Positions 23,765-35,551 of a DNA stretch of 64,000 nt are shown here, piece after piece. Source of the DNA: Felis catus (Eukaryota); NCBI RefSeq assembly GCF_018350175.1, contig NC_058368.1, positions 171,618,001-171,682,000 on the forward strand, given 5' to 3'. Both the position numbers and the translations under genes were made by a program. How positions within the stretch are numbered: the stretch's first letter is position 1; each line of letters starts with the position of its first letter. Under the pieces are notes generated by a model. It had not been told where the DNA came from and did not search any database. It saw only the letters and a list, made by a program, of their open reading frames with translations.

Positions 23765-24426
23765 TGAGCAAAGAGATTGTTAAAAATAACTTTCATTTGA
23801 GAAAGGAACAGAGTTGAAGATAATGAAGATAAAGGTTGGTTAAGGCTGTACAAACTCCCTGTCTGCAAGAAGACATAAGATATCTGGTGAGACCAAAAAT
23901 CTGACCCCCTGCAATGTGCTGCTCAAGATCTGGAACCTCTCAATCCTGCGTCTCTCCACTCCTCACAGACTCTGTTGCGTAAGTCACAGACAGCTGGCTG
24001 GTCTGTCATCAGGTCATATCACATAACTATTTGGAAGGAAATCAGCAGAATGGTCAGGAAAGGCCCTTTCAGGAAAGGATATGTATCTGAGCTGAGCACT
24101 GCTCATGAGAGGAGAACTCTCCAGGCATAATAAACTACAAAGGCAAAGACCCCAAAGTGAAAAAGAATAGGATGCATTTGAGAAATGAAAGACCTGTGTG
24201 GCTGAGGATGGTTTACAGAAGGGAGCAGCACAAGATGGGACTGGAAAGAACAAGAAAGAGCCAGACTGTATCTTATGCATCTTAGAGGTCTTGGTAGGTC
24301 ATAGCAAGGAGTATGGGCTTTATTCAAAGTAAAATGGAAGCCACTGAAGAATTTTAAGAAGCTGCCAGCCTCCAATTCACACGTTACGAATTTTAAGAAG
24401 CTGCCAGACTCCAATTCACACATTAT

Positions 24427-24428
24427 GA

Positions 24429-24496
<68 letters not shown>

Positions 24497-24497
24497 A
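24427..24497. repeat. (GAAA)n tetranucleotide microsatellite
   Basis: About 17 perfect units, direct reading. Confidence 0.98.
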
Positions 24498-24623
24498 GAA
24501 ATAAAAGAAAAAAAAATCACCCTGGTTACTAAGTAGAGAAATGAACTGTAATGGTCAAGGAGGTGAGCAGGGGAGACAGGTAGGAGATTATTGCAGCAGT
24601 TCAGGTCAGAAGGTCAGAGACGA

Positions 24624-24836
24624 GGGGCGCCCTGATGGCTCAGTCAGTTAAGTGTCCGACTTTGGCTCAAGTCATGATCTCACGGCTTGTCAGTTCAAGC
24701 CCCACATCGGGCTCTGTGCTGACAGCTTGGAGCCGGGAGCCTGCTTTGCTTCTGTGTCTCCCTCTCTCTCTGCCCCTCCCTGACTTGCATTCTCTCTCTC
24801 TCTCAAAAACAAACTTTTTAAAAAAAATTTGTTTTA
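24624..24836 (+). mobile_element. Can-SINE
   Basis: TSD aaggtcagagac / aagatcagagac. Confidence 0.95.
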
Positions 24837-25479
24837 AAAGATCAGAGACAATGGCATTTGACAAAGAGGTGGAAGTGGAGGTGGTGGGAGATGGGCAGAT
24901 ATTTTGGAGGAGACAGAAGTGACAGGACTTGGCAGCCCGCAGTTGCTCACTAACCCTTAAAATACCTGACATAACACCAATATGACTAAGCTGCTCTTTT
25001 CTGGAGCAATACAGAGCTTAACGGTAAGGAATAATGATGTCTTTTCCCAAAAATATGTATTCAGATACAAACTCAGCACCCCAGCATAGAGGTCCCCACA
25101 TCGCAGGCTGAGCAAGACACTCAGGGACTCCACTCCACCCATCTGCCCAACGAAGGAGGGGGAGCAAAGATGCTCCTACTTCCTGACCCTTGGCCTGTGG
25201 CAAACATTAGTCAGGCCCTGGACAGTGAAAGGGGAGAGCTGATAGGACCAGTGTCTCCAGGGTCCCTGCGGGCCAGCTCCCTGTCACCACAGTCCCCTTT
25301 TCTTTTCTCCTGAGATCCCATGAGCCAATCCACGTGCTTCCCTTTCTACTGCCATCAAGGGCTGTTTGATGTGGCTGCTTTTCCCCTGTTGCCCAATCTG
25401 GAATTGAATTCCTTTTCATATGTCAGGTGGGCACAAGTGGCAGCCATCTATATTTTATGTCCATTTAAAATAAAAATAG

Positions 25480-25631
25480 GAGGGTGCCTGGATGGCTCAG
25501 TCGGTTAAGCATGCGACTTCAGCTCAGGTCATGATCCCGTGGTTCTTGGGTTTGGGCCCCATATCAGGCTCTGCCATCGCAGAGCCTGCTTGGGATTCTC
25601 TCTCTCTTTGCCCCTCCCCTGTTTGTGCGTG

Positions 25632-25675
<44 letters not shown>

Positions 25676-25705
25676 ATAAGGAAATGCACTTAAAAAGTTT
25701 TATTA
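25480..25705 (+). mobile_element. Can-SINE with (CT)n
   Basis: TSD aaaataaaaatag (25467-25479 / 25708-25720). Confidence 0.95.
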
Positions 25706-25725
25706 ATAAAATAAAAATAGCTACT

Positions 25726-25948
25726 GGGGCGCCTGGGTGGCGCAGTCGGTTAAAGCGTCCGACTTCAGCCAGGTCACGATCTCGCGGTCCGTGAGTTCGA
25801 GCCCCGCATCAGGCTCTGGGCTGATGGCTCGGAGCCTGGAGCCTGTTTCCGATTCTGTGTCTCCCTCTCTCTCTGCCCCTCCCCCGTTCATGCTCTGTCT
25901 CTCTCTGTCCCAAAAATAAATAAAAAACATTGAAAAAAAAATTAAAAA
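25726..25948 (+). mobile_element. Can-SINE, very young felid type
   Basis: CpG-intact; perfect 18-bp TSD aaaataaaaatagctact (25708-25725 / 25949-25966). Confidence 0.98.
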
Positions 25949-25956
25949 AAAATAAA

Positions 25957-26340
25957 AATAGCTACTTTATTGAGCACTTGATGTGATAGGCCATGTTAAC
26001 CTGATTTTCTGGAGGTGATCCAAAAACTCCTGAAAATAGTTAAATCTCTGACTTTGAGAACAAGCCTTTTTAAAAATCTGGAAACCACAGTGTGATGTTC
26101 AACATTCAGGTTCTTTCGTCTGCAGAACGGTGGCTCTCAATTAAAAGAGTTTTAGAGCTCTCAATGTATTAACTCATTTAATCCTCATACAAATCCTATT
26201 CCCATTTTATACAAGGAGAAACCAAGGTACAAAGAAGTTAAGTAACTTGCCCAGCTGGCAAGCTGCAGAGCCAGGACCAGAACCCAGGCAGTCTGGTCTG
26301 CTCACAGTCCCCACGCTTTTACCACTTGAGCTACCCTGCT
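25957..26340 (-). mobile_element. MIR interrupted by a ~160-bp templated insertion
   Basis: 'aatagctactttattgagcact...ggccatgtt' [insert] 'tagagctctcaatgtattaactcatttaatcctc...agaagttaagtaacttgccc...gaacccaggcagtctg'. Confidence 0.88.
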
Positions 26341-27625
26341 TCTCGAGTCCGGCTTCCAAGTCCTGTGTTTCAGGAATAAAATCAAACAACTGCAGTCAAC
26401 CACCACAGAAAGGTCCACAATTCAATTCAAAGAGAGCATCCAGCTTTTACATTTTAATGGAGAAAAGCCGCAGTGAGTGTTTATGTGGTTCCCATAGTGC
26501 TGAAATTACAGGAGTTTGTTTGCATCAAGTTTTGGATCACCTCCAGAAAATCAGATTACCATGCGATGAAGAGAAAACATCCATTTTTCATTTAATATGT
26601 GGTAAAAGAGAGCAACTCATGTATACACTTGTCAGCTCTGCCAGAGCGCAACCCCGCAGGGTAGGAAGCACCCAACTTCTGAGAGAACATTCCAGAAAGG
26701 GAATCATTAGTGTGGAAGGAGTGCTCAATTCAGAAAGAAATGGGATTCTTCAAAGGTCAGAAGCATCCCCATGGAATAACTCAGGTCCCCAACAAGACTA
26801 TTAAACTGGTGTGACCAATTGTAGCCTTCAAGAAAGGAGTTCATCTATGTTGACAGCGTTTGGGAATGGAAACAAAAGGGCTGAGAATGTTTTCATTATC
26901 CCAACAGTTCTCTGGCTTAACCTTCCAAAAATGAACAGAAGTGCTTCCTAAGTTTAGAATTCAGAGCCATGGGGTTCTCATCACCCAGAGCTCCAGACAA
27001 AAAAAATAATAATAAATATATATACACACACCCTCATATATATATTTCTATATATGAAATAGCAGTATTCAGTGAAATGATTACTTTGATAGTTAAAGAT
27101 GATGAAAAGGTATAGTCTTCTAAATAAAAATGATTCATACTCTAAAACATCACATTAGTCAGGTCACCTAGGTTACATAACAGTAAGTATAAACATCACT
27201 CAGACACAGCAGTATTATGCCACCCAGGCCTTCATGGTGCATTTCAAAATAATTTCAAAGTGACCCCACTAGGAGAGCCCTACAAACACACATCCTTGCT
27301 GTTGGGACTTACCACAAATGTAAGCTTTCTCTAGAATCCCACTGTTTTCCTTAAAAATTACATTCTACTCTATTTTTTTAAATGTGTTTTCTTTTCTTTC
27401 TTTCCTTTTTTTTTTTTTTTTTTTGCAAGGTAGTTTAAAGTGATTTTTCTATCAGGCAAAACAGGTACCCAGGAAGAAGGGCCAAGCTTACCTGCAGCTT
27501 TTCACATCCCCCCACCACCACAGAGAATGGAAATAGATAAAACTCTGGTTTTGAGAACAAGGCTTTTTTAAAAATTTGGAAACCACAGCGTGATATTCAA
27601 CATTCAGATTCTTTCGTCTGCAGAG

Positions 27626-27812
27626 CAGTGGCTCTCAGCTCTCAGCTGCATGTTACAATCACCTGGTAAGCTTTTAAAAAATACCAGTGACTAAGCTCCA
27701 CTCCAGACCAAGTGAATCAAAATCTCAGGGTGAAGAAAGAAACCGTCATTTTTGGTTGTTGCTTTTAGCTGCACTGGGTGACTTTAATGGGCAGAGAGGG
27801 TGAGAACCACTG
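27626..27812. mobile_element. MER5A-like MITE
   Basis: cagtggctctca ... tgagaaccactg terminal inverted repeats; 'aatcacctggtaagcttttaaaaaatacc'. Confidence 0.85.
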
Positions 27813-27944
27813 CTTAGAAGATGCTAAAGAAATGTAAGGTCCCAGAGTGATGCTGGAAACCAAAGCCAATCCCTGGGGTCAATACGCTTGCCCTTTCTTC
27901 CTAACAACCCCTTGGAGACACAGATAGTAAATAGGTGACAACTC

Positions 27945-28420
27945 TCTCCCATCCTGTATCCAGTGGTATCAAAAGCAGTAGGTTGACATGAGATCCAGAG
28001 TCTCAAAACATGATACAAAAATGTCCAGGTTTCAATTAAAAAATCACTCTTCATACCAAGAACCAGGAAGATCTCAAACTGAATGAAAATAAGACAACCA
28101 ACAGATCCCAATAGATCAACCTGACAGATGTTAGAATTATCTAATAAAAAAAAGTTTTATTATTTTTTAAAAATTTATTTATTTTGAGAGAGAGAGCACA
28201 AGACAGAGAATGAGCAGGGGAGGGGCAGAGAGAGAGGGGGAGAGAGAGAATCCCAGAGCAGAGCCTGACACAGGGCTCAAGCCCATGAACCATGAGATCA
28301 TCACCTGAGCCAAAGTCAGACATTTAAGCAACTGAGCCATGCAAAGTGTCCCATCTGAGTAAAATTTTAAGGCAGCCATGATAAAAACTCTTAGAGGAGA
28401 ATTTAGGAACATGCTAAATG
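27945..28420 (+). mobile_element. Old L1 5' region / ORF1 start (L1MD-like), split by a SINE
   Basis: 'aaaatgtccaggtttcaattaaaaaatcactcttcataccaagaaccaggaagatctcaaac...cagatgttagaattatct...aattttaaggcagccatgataaaa'. Confidence 0.75.
28155..28352 (-). mobile_element. Can-SINE
   Basis: Body and T tail; degenerate head. Confidence 0.9.
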
Positions 28421-28779
28421 AACTAGAGGAAATGCCATCATGTTCCTCAAGCCTTCGAAGTAGGTTCATCACTGGCCCAGACAGAAGTATGCAGGTCTGG
28501 GCTGTACAGATTGGAAAGTTTGTTTAGTGAAGGATCCCATAGGGCACTAACCCAGCTGTAGGCTGGCCTCTGGTTTCCTAGTGCCTGTGTACTGTAATTC
28601 ACCTTTGGCTCAATGGATCTAACTTTCTGAATGGGACTGTTTAACCAGTTAAAGATGAAAACCCACAGAGGGGAGCTATACTAAACAGTGTCTGTCTCCC
28701 CAAGAGGTAGGGTTAGGAAGAAGAGACAAGCTGACTGACCCCAGGGTTGGCTTTTACTTGACATGGAAACTATGAAACC

Positions 28780-30112
28780 AAGCAAATATAAATTGGATTT
28801 CATCAAAATTAATCTCTTCAAAAATTCTGCTCTGCAAAATATCCTCTAAAGAGAATGAAAACACAGAAAACTGTAGACAGAGAGAAAATATTTGCTACAT
28901 ATCCAAATAAAGTCCTAGTATCTAGAATATATAAAGAATTCTCAAAACTCAGCAACAACAACAAAAAAAATACATTTACAACATCAGCAAAGATGTAAAG
29001 AGACATTTCACCAAAGAGGATATATAGATCACAAACAAGCACATGAAAAGATAATCCAGGAGTGCCTGGGTGGCTCAGTAGGTTGAGCATCTGACTTTTG
29101 ATTTCGGCTCAAGTCATGATTCCAGGGTGGTGGGATGGAACCCCATGTTGGGCTCCATGCTGAGCATGGAGCCATCTTAAGATTTTCTCTCTCCCTCTTC
29201 CCCACTCCCCCTCTTGCTCTCTCTCTCTCTCAAAAATAAATAAATAAATAAATAAATAAATAACCCATATAATTAGCCACTAGGGAAACATAAATTAAAA
29301 GTACAATGTACAATGAGACACCACTATGTACCAAACACAATAGCAAAAGTAAAAAAAATAATAATAAAGAAAGAAATAAATAATGATAATGCTTAATGAT
29401 GGTACAGATACAAAGAAATTGGGTGGCTCACACGTTGCTGGTAAAACTGTGAAGTCATACAGACTATTTGGAAAACAATTCGGCAGTATTTAAAAAAATT
29501 AAACCTGCAACTGCCATATGACCAAGTAACAGCACTCTTTAGCATTTATCCCAGAAAAATGAAATTTTATTTTCACACATAAAATTTAACACGAGTATTT
29601 AAGGCAGCTTTATTCATAAAGCCCAAAACTGTAGGACAGTTTAAGTGAATGGTTGAACAAACTGTGGTCCTTCCAGATCACGGAACACAGCTCAGCAATA
29701 AATACTAACACATGCAAAAATCTGGAAGTTCTCTAGAAAATTACACTAAGTCAAAAAAGCCAATCTAAAAGGTGTGATTCCAATGACATAACATTCCTGA
29801 AATGATAAAGTTATCGAAATAGAGAAATCTAGAGAAAAGATTAGTGGTTGACAGTTTAAGAAGAGGGTAAAGAGGCCGGGATGTGAAGAGGCTGGGATGT
29901 GATATGGCTATAAGAGGGCAATGTGAGGAATCTCTGTGGTGATGCTCTGTATCTTGACTGCATCAATGTCAGCACCCTGGTTTTGATTTTGTGCTATAAT
30001 TTTACAGAAAGTTACCTTGGAGGTAAACTGGTTAAATGGACTTGGGATCTATGTATATTATTTCTTATACTACCTGAGAATTATCTCAAAATAAAAAGTT
30101 TAAATAAAAAAT
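28780..30112 (+). mobile_element. L1 3' end (L1MD-like), split by a SINE
   Basis: ORF2 C-terminal remnants; 3' UTR 'ctgtatcttgactgcatcaatgtc...aattatctcaaaataaaaagttt'. Confidence 0.9.
29058..29262 (+). mobile_element. Can-SINE with (TAAA)n tail
   Basis: Head ggagtgcctgggtggctcag. Confidence 0.95.
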
Positions 30113-31415
30113 AATGCTACTGGGCCACTGAACCCTGACCACAGCACAGAGTCAGTAGTTGGAATTGACCTTTTTTCACGTTCCAGATTTTTATTTACTG
30201 GCCATTTTTAGTTCCAGTATTTCACACACAATTCATGAGGCCCAGAAACCTAATTTTATTCAATATGGGGCACTCTGTGGCCTTGCCAAGACTGATTATT
30301 TTGTTGGTGACATTCAACATAGTATTAGCTAGCAAGCACACATCACACACACTACTGCCTAAAGTGACCACTTTCTATGCCGCTACTTGCTTTCTTCTCT
30401 TCCACCTCTTCAGAGAAAGATGCTAAAATACTTAAATGCCCCTCTCTAGTCCCATGACCTTTCCAGTGCTGTCTTTCAGAATGACATTTTCCCATGAACT
30501 GGATATAAAATCACCACTGCCAACTCTTCAGCTTTCATATTACAATACACCCAATTCTTTAGGCAAACAAAAAAAGGATATTACTCTACAGTGTATTTGG
30601 GACAAGAATTCTTCCGTGGCTTAATTCACATTTGGATTCAGAATGCACAATTACCAGGTCCAAAAACGTAACAAATTGTAATCTTCACTTTCTACCCATA
30701 AGTATAGTACCTAAGACTTCCTCAGACAGGAGAATCCAGGCACCTCATCTGCAGGAAGAAACTTATTTCAACATGGAAAGGTGAAAACATATCCTGAATT
30801 AAAAGGTCTCCAGGGATGGAAAATCTATAATCCATTCTGATACTTATTCTGATATTTCACAAACTTCATTTATCAACTCATGCTACCTTCTGCATCACAT
30901 CTTGGTAAAAATTACATCTGTTTCCCCTCATGATTGTAGGAGTTGATCTATACAAAATTTCAATCACTCCTAAGAATGCCAGGTTGTCTAAGTCAGAGAG
31001 TGTAGAACATTTAACTTATGCAAACTGAGCTAGATCAATCTGAGAAAGAGACAGACGGTCAAAGGGAAGGAAGTATCATGGGCCATTCCTGTTCCCTCAG
31101 TCTCAGTTCCTGGGTGCCTCTCTTAGGTATGTGTTGAAACACTGAGTTTGATCATAGTGGTTTAAGTGCATTTTATTTTTGTACAACACAAAAGCTTCTC
31201 AACACAAACTCCTTCCTTATCTGATGCTCAATAGAATGTATAGTAATTGTTCCAAATCAAGAGTAAACATGGGCCATGTTTAATGACTAATAGGGCAGTT
31301 TCTGTGGTGGAGCCTTCCTAAAGGGTATAAGTCTATTATTGACCAGCACTGTTTTTACATCTGGGACTGACTTTGGAAACCATTCCACTGGGATATGCTC
31401 CCCGTAAATGCTTAC

Positions 31416-31561
31416 CCTTCTCCTGTGAATTGGATGTGTGCAGAACTGTATAGGAGTGCATGTACATGAACGCCTTTTCAAAGATGGCGGAGCACATTGT
31501 GCTAGCACCAAACCAGTGTTTCCTCATCTATGTAGACACTAATTCTCTGAGGGACTAGCAA
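31416..31561 (-). other. Candidate spliced exon (146 nt), probably 5' UTR or start-containing
   Basis: Acceptor gctgttttggttttgccag| at 31562/31561; strong donor AAGG|gtaagc at 31416/31415; non-repetitive and CpG-retaining; stops in all three frames in the 5' part, ATG at 31527 open to the donor. Confidence 0.5.
31481..31490 (+). promoter_or_regulatory. YY1-type motif AAGATGGCGG
   Basis: Matches the YY1 core consensus; motif only. Confidence 0.4.
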
Positions 31562-32919
31562 CTGGCAAAACCAAAACAGCCCACCAGCTTTCAATGGGCA
31601 GTAACAGAGGCAAAGGAACATACATATTTCCCCTCAAACATTTAGAATTTTACACTTAAAATTAGAAATTTAAGCACTTCCTTTTATGTAATAAACCTGT
31701 AAAACAGAATATGTTCCCTACATATTCTGAAAACCTAGGATTTCTTTTTTACAAAACAAGGTGCTGTATTCCCACAAATAAATTGGGAAATAATAGCCAA
31801 ATGCTTTGGGAAAAAAATGAAGGTCTAAAATTATCTTTCACAAGGACAGGCTTTAATGAAACAAAAGGTGAGGAACACAAAGGCCAGGCTGAAGAAGTGC
31901 CAACAAAGAGCAGAGCTGTTTGCAGGAGAAGAGTCTGGAACATGCACTGAGACCATCCTGGGAGTCTGTCCATAAGAAAGAGTAACAGAGAAGCACTGAA
32001 ATGTTCACATGCCTCGCCACTCCTACTTCCTCATCTGTAAAGGAAGAGATTTTACCAGCAGCAAACTGTAGACCATCTACTCTTAGAGAAAACCCAACCA
32101 CTCTGAAAAACCATGTGTAGCATTTCCCAAACTAATGCAGACTTTGATCTCAGGCCCACCCAAAGTCATGAAAAATTCTCTAGCAGTTAACATGACAGTA
32201 TCAAGATAATTGCTTACTGGAAATTTTCCCAATCTAAAACCAATCACTTTTACCAAAATAGGAGTTGCTACTATAATTCTATAGGACCCAAAGAAAGCAA
32301 ATTGAGCTGCCTTTTGCTCAAAGCACTGACCTACTCAAATTTAAGAAGACTATTTGTTTTTTAAATTGAAAGCCATACAATTTCTCTATTTTAGAATCTT
32401 AGGAGCATAAAATTTGAGTCAAAATTGAATCTGTTCTTCTGAGCAGACTAACCATCATCACCTGAAGGAGAAGTGGTATGTCATCAAAAGTGTCCTCTCT
32501 AATGGAAAGCCTAGTCCTAGTCCCAGAGAACAGTGCAAGAGCCAAGAATCAGACAGAAGTAACTAAGAGGGTCTCATACCAAATTAGGAAACTCAACATG
32601 AGTCTATGCTATGGAATCCTAAGAAAAAACCAGTTAGATTAAGAAGTGACTGAAAATAACTAAAGATCAGTAAAAAAAATTATCAAAGGGTACCTACTTA
32701 CCTATGTTTAAATACAATGCTTCCTCTCTCCCTATTTATTCAATAAAATTCTAATTCTATTAAAATGTTTTTCATTAACAAATTACTTAGTTGTTATAAC
32801 CTTATTCATGATACCCTGTAAGATAGGAATTGATAGATAGGAATTGATTGTGAATGCTTACTTTTTCTCATCCATATGCTACTACTTGAAAATTCTTTGA
32901 CCAATGGATGAATCTGTGG

Positions 32920-33200
32920 GAAAAACTTCTTCCTTCATAAATGGCATATTTAAGTTCCCAGAAAAAGGAACTTTTTCAAAGGAGAAAAAACAAAAAAGAC
33001 TCTAGTTTCAGATAGTTCAATGTATATACTTTCAAACTTTCAAAAACCAGTAAGTCTCCAGTTACACAGCTTATTGCTAAGCACAGGAAAAAGACTAAAT
33101 TGCCCCCAATTAATTTCTGATGCTAGCATAACCTCAGTACCAAAACCAGTAAGAGAAACCATTCCCCTACACATATAAAGACACATGAACACACAACTCA
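32920..33200 (+). mobile_element. Old L1 ORF2 fragment
   Basis: 'ccaattaatttctgatgctagcataacctcagtaccaaaaccag' resembles the L1 PNSFYEASITLIPKP segment. Confidence 0.65.
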
Positions 33201-33321
33201 ACCAAAGGGAAAGAAGAGGGAAGCACGGATCCCATTCACCCAAAGGACACAGATGTTTTGAAAAACTCCCTCAGACCATTCTGATACTCTGTCTGGTTGG
33301 AAGGAAAAATACATTAACACT

Positions 33322-33642
33322 CCTTCATAAATCCCTTACCCAAAACTCATGGGGCCAGATGTATTTTCAGATTCAAAAACTTTCCAGAAAGATACTTCTG
33401 GGCATTTTCAGTATACTTCACATGCCTTCAGTCTTGGGCAGCTAGGATATTTCTCCAGCAAAAAATGCATGAATATATACACTAATGTTATAAAGACTTT
33501 AAACTGCCTCACATCAGAGGCAATTTTCCTCAAATATATCCAAGACGGGGCAGGTTTTACAGTCAAATGAGTTATGGAAAAAAAAAAAGTCTACATTTTC
33601 AGAACTTTTTGGATTTCAGAATTATGGAAAACAGATTGACCC
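33322..33642 (+). mobile_element. MER46C-like (Tigger-derived) MITE
   Basis: 'aatcccttacccaaaactcatggggccagatgtatttt' ... 'ttttcagaactttttggatttcagaatt'. Confidence 0.8.
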
Positions 33643-33659
33643 ATTAAAGAACATTCCAT

Positions 33660-33840
33660 AAATAATTACTGAATGCCTCCTATGAGACAGGATGTACTTG
33701 GCATACATTATCTCTAACTCTATCACCCTGCAAGGTTTTAGAAAGGAGTTTCAGAGAGGTTAAGTGACTTCCCCAAAGCCAGTTACTAAAAGAATCAGGA
33801 CTTGAACCAGTATCTGTTCACACTCCATCCGCTATGCTTT
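33660..33840 (-). mobile_element. MIR
   Basis: 'tcagagaggttaagtgacttccccaaag'. Confidence 0.7.
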
Positions 33841-33844
33841 ATAC

Positions 33845-34300
33845 ATTCAGGTTCTTGACTGCAAGTTATAGAAAGCAACTCTAGCAAACCTAAGCAGAGA
33901 AGCAATTTTATGGAAGTGTAGTGAGATCTCACAAGATGGAAAGGCAACCTGGGAAAACAAGTCCACAAAATGAGTAAAAGCTAAGGAAGGCAAGGCTACA
34001 GAAGCCATGACCAAGGCCAAGTCCTCAAATCAAGATGCTTCCATTGTCATCTTCTCCACTACTGCTGCCTTTATGCTGCTATCCCAAGATACACATCACC
34101 ACTGGACTCTTGACAACCAAGCACAGAGTGAAAACTTTCTAAATCGTCCCTTGGTCTTTGTAAGAGTCAAAGTCCCAGCACTTTGGTTAAGCAGCCACAT
34201 TCTTCTGTGCTTACAAAGTGTGAAAAAGGCACTGTGTCCCACCAATTCCACACAAAGGCGGGGTCTTCCCAAAGTGAAATGGTGCTGGGGAACTGGGTAA
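33845..34300 (-). mobile_element. Old MaLR LTR fragment (MLT1K/L-like)
   Basis: 'caggttcttgactgcaagttatagaaagcaactctagcaaacctaagcag' resembles an MLT1 terminus. Confidence 0.55.
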
Positions 34301-34355
34301 TTTACCTATAAGGGAGGTGACAATGTAGCGTTCTAAATAAAGTATTTGTATAACA

Positions 34356-34546
34356 GGGTGCCTGGGTAGCTCAGTCGGGTAAGTGACTGACTCTTGGTTT
34401 CAGCTCAGGTCATGACCTCATAGTGGGTAAGATGGAGCCCCACATTGGGCTCTGTGCTGGCAACACGGTGCCTGCTTGGGATTCTCCCTCTCTCCCCTCC
34501 CCTTCTGCCCCTCCAGCATGCTGTAAGTAAGTAAATACATAAATAA
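34356..34546 (+). mobile_element. Can-SINE
   Basis: gggtgcctgggtagctcagtc head; atttgtataa flanks. Confidence 0.93.
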
Positions 34547-35310
34547 ATAAAATTTGTATAAAATATTCAATGGCATGCAATAAAGTATGACTTCTTCCAG
34601 AAATAAATTTTTATAAATTTATAATATGATAATTCATATCAGTTACTCAAGAAAACATTTTTAAGAAGTCATTTGGTGCTTAAAAAGATATGTGATATAA
34701 TTTAACATCCATTCTTGATTTTTAAACTCTCAGTAACTTAGGAAAAGCAAGTTCTTTCCTTAACTTGACATTTTTCACCTCAATCTAATCCTATTTAAAA
34801 GATCAAGGCAAAAGGCCTTTCAATTAGTCACCACCATTTTTCCATGTCATTAGAAGGGGTTCTAACCAATGGCTAGAAAATAAGGGTTGTAAACTGTCAT
34901 TATTTAGCAGATGATATGACTACATAGCTATAAGGAAGATGGAGACTACAACCCAGAGTGGAGGCTAAAATCTACCCTTGGGAGTGGCCTCTGTATGAAT
35001 CCTGCACGTATAGGTCAAGCACCTGGCTTTTCTTGGAGAAATTCTGACCCAGTGGAGTAATACAAATGCAGCTATTGAGACTTGATGTCAAATATTCTAT
35101 TTTATAATGCAGGAGTATCTCTCGAAGAATTGACCTCTTTTGAATGAGTGGTTTCTTTTGAAGGGATTAGAAACTTGATTGGTGTCCAGGAATTCAGTGA
35201 AAGAGGAAAGGAGAAGGGACTCTCACATGGGCTTTGAGAGTCAGCTAATAAAGAGTGTATAGGAAGCATGTGTGTCTGATACAGTTGTCAAATCTCCTTT
35301 CCTGTGTTCT

Positions 35311-35551
35311 GTTTTTGTTGTTTTGTTTGTTTTGTTTTGTTTTGTTTTGTTTTGAGACAGAGAGCATGAGCAGAGAAGAAGGGCAGACAGAGAGGAAGAG
35401 GGAGAAGGAGACAGACTGAGAGAAAGAATCTTAAGCAGACTCCACAATCAATGCAAAGCCCGACACAGGGCCCGATCCCACCACCACGGTATCATGACCC
35501 GAGCCGAAATCAAGAGTCGGACGTTCAACTGACTGAGACATCCAGACGTCC
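35311..35551 (-). mobile_element. Can-SINE with (TTTTG)n tail
   Basis: Body plus ctcctttcct flanks. Confidence 0.92.

Larger units (their letters stand above)
24040..24935 (-). mobile_element. L2 fragment interrupted by a 39-bp duplication, (GAAA)n and a SINE
   Basis: 'tggtcaggaaaggccctttc...gtaaaatggaagccactgaagaattttaag...ggagattattgcagcagttcagg'. Confidence 0.75.

Noticed and set aside
26247..26804. Longest ORF (185 aa) as a gene
   Set aside because: It starts at a TTG inside a MIR, shows no recognisable domain and has no supporting exon structure; consistent with a chance ORF.
29871..32848. Short tandem duplications (agaggc(c/t)gggatgtga twice near 29871; gataggaattgat twice near 32822)
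   Set aside because: Ordinary 14-16-bp slippage events with no sign of function.
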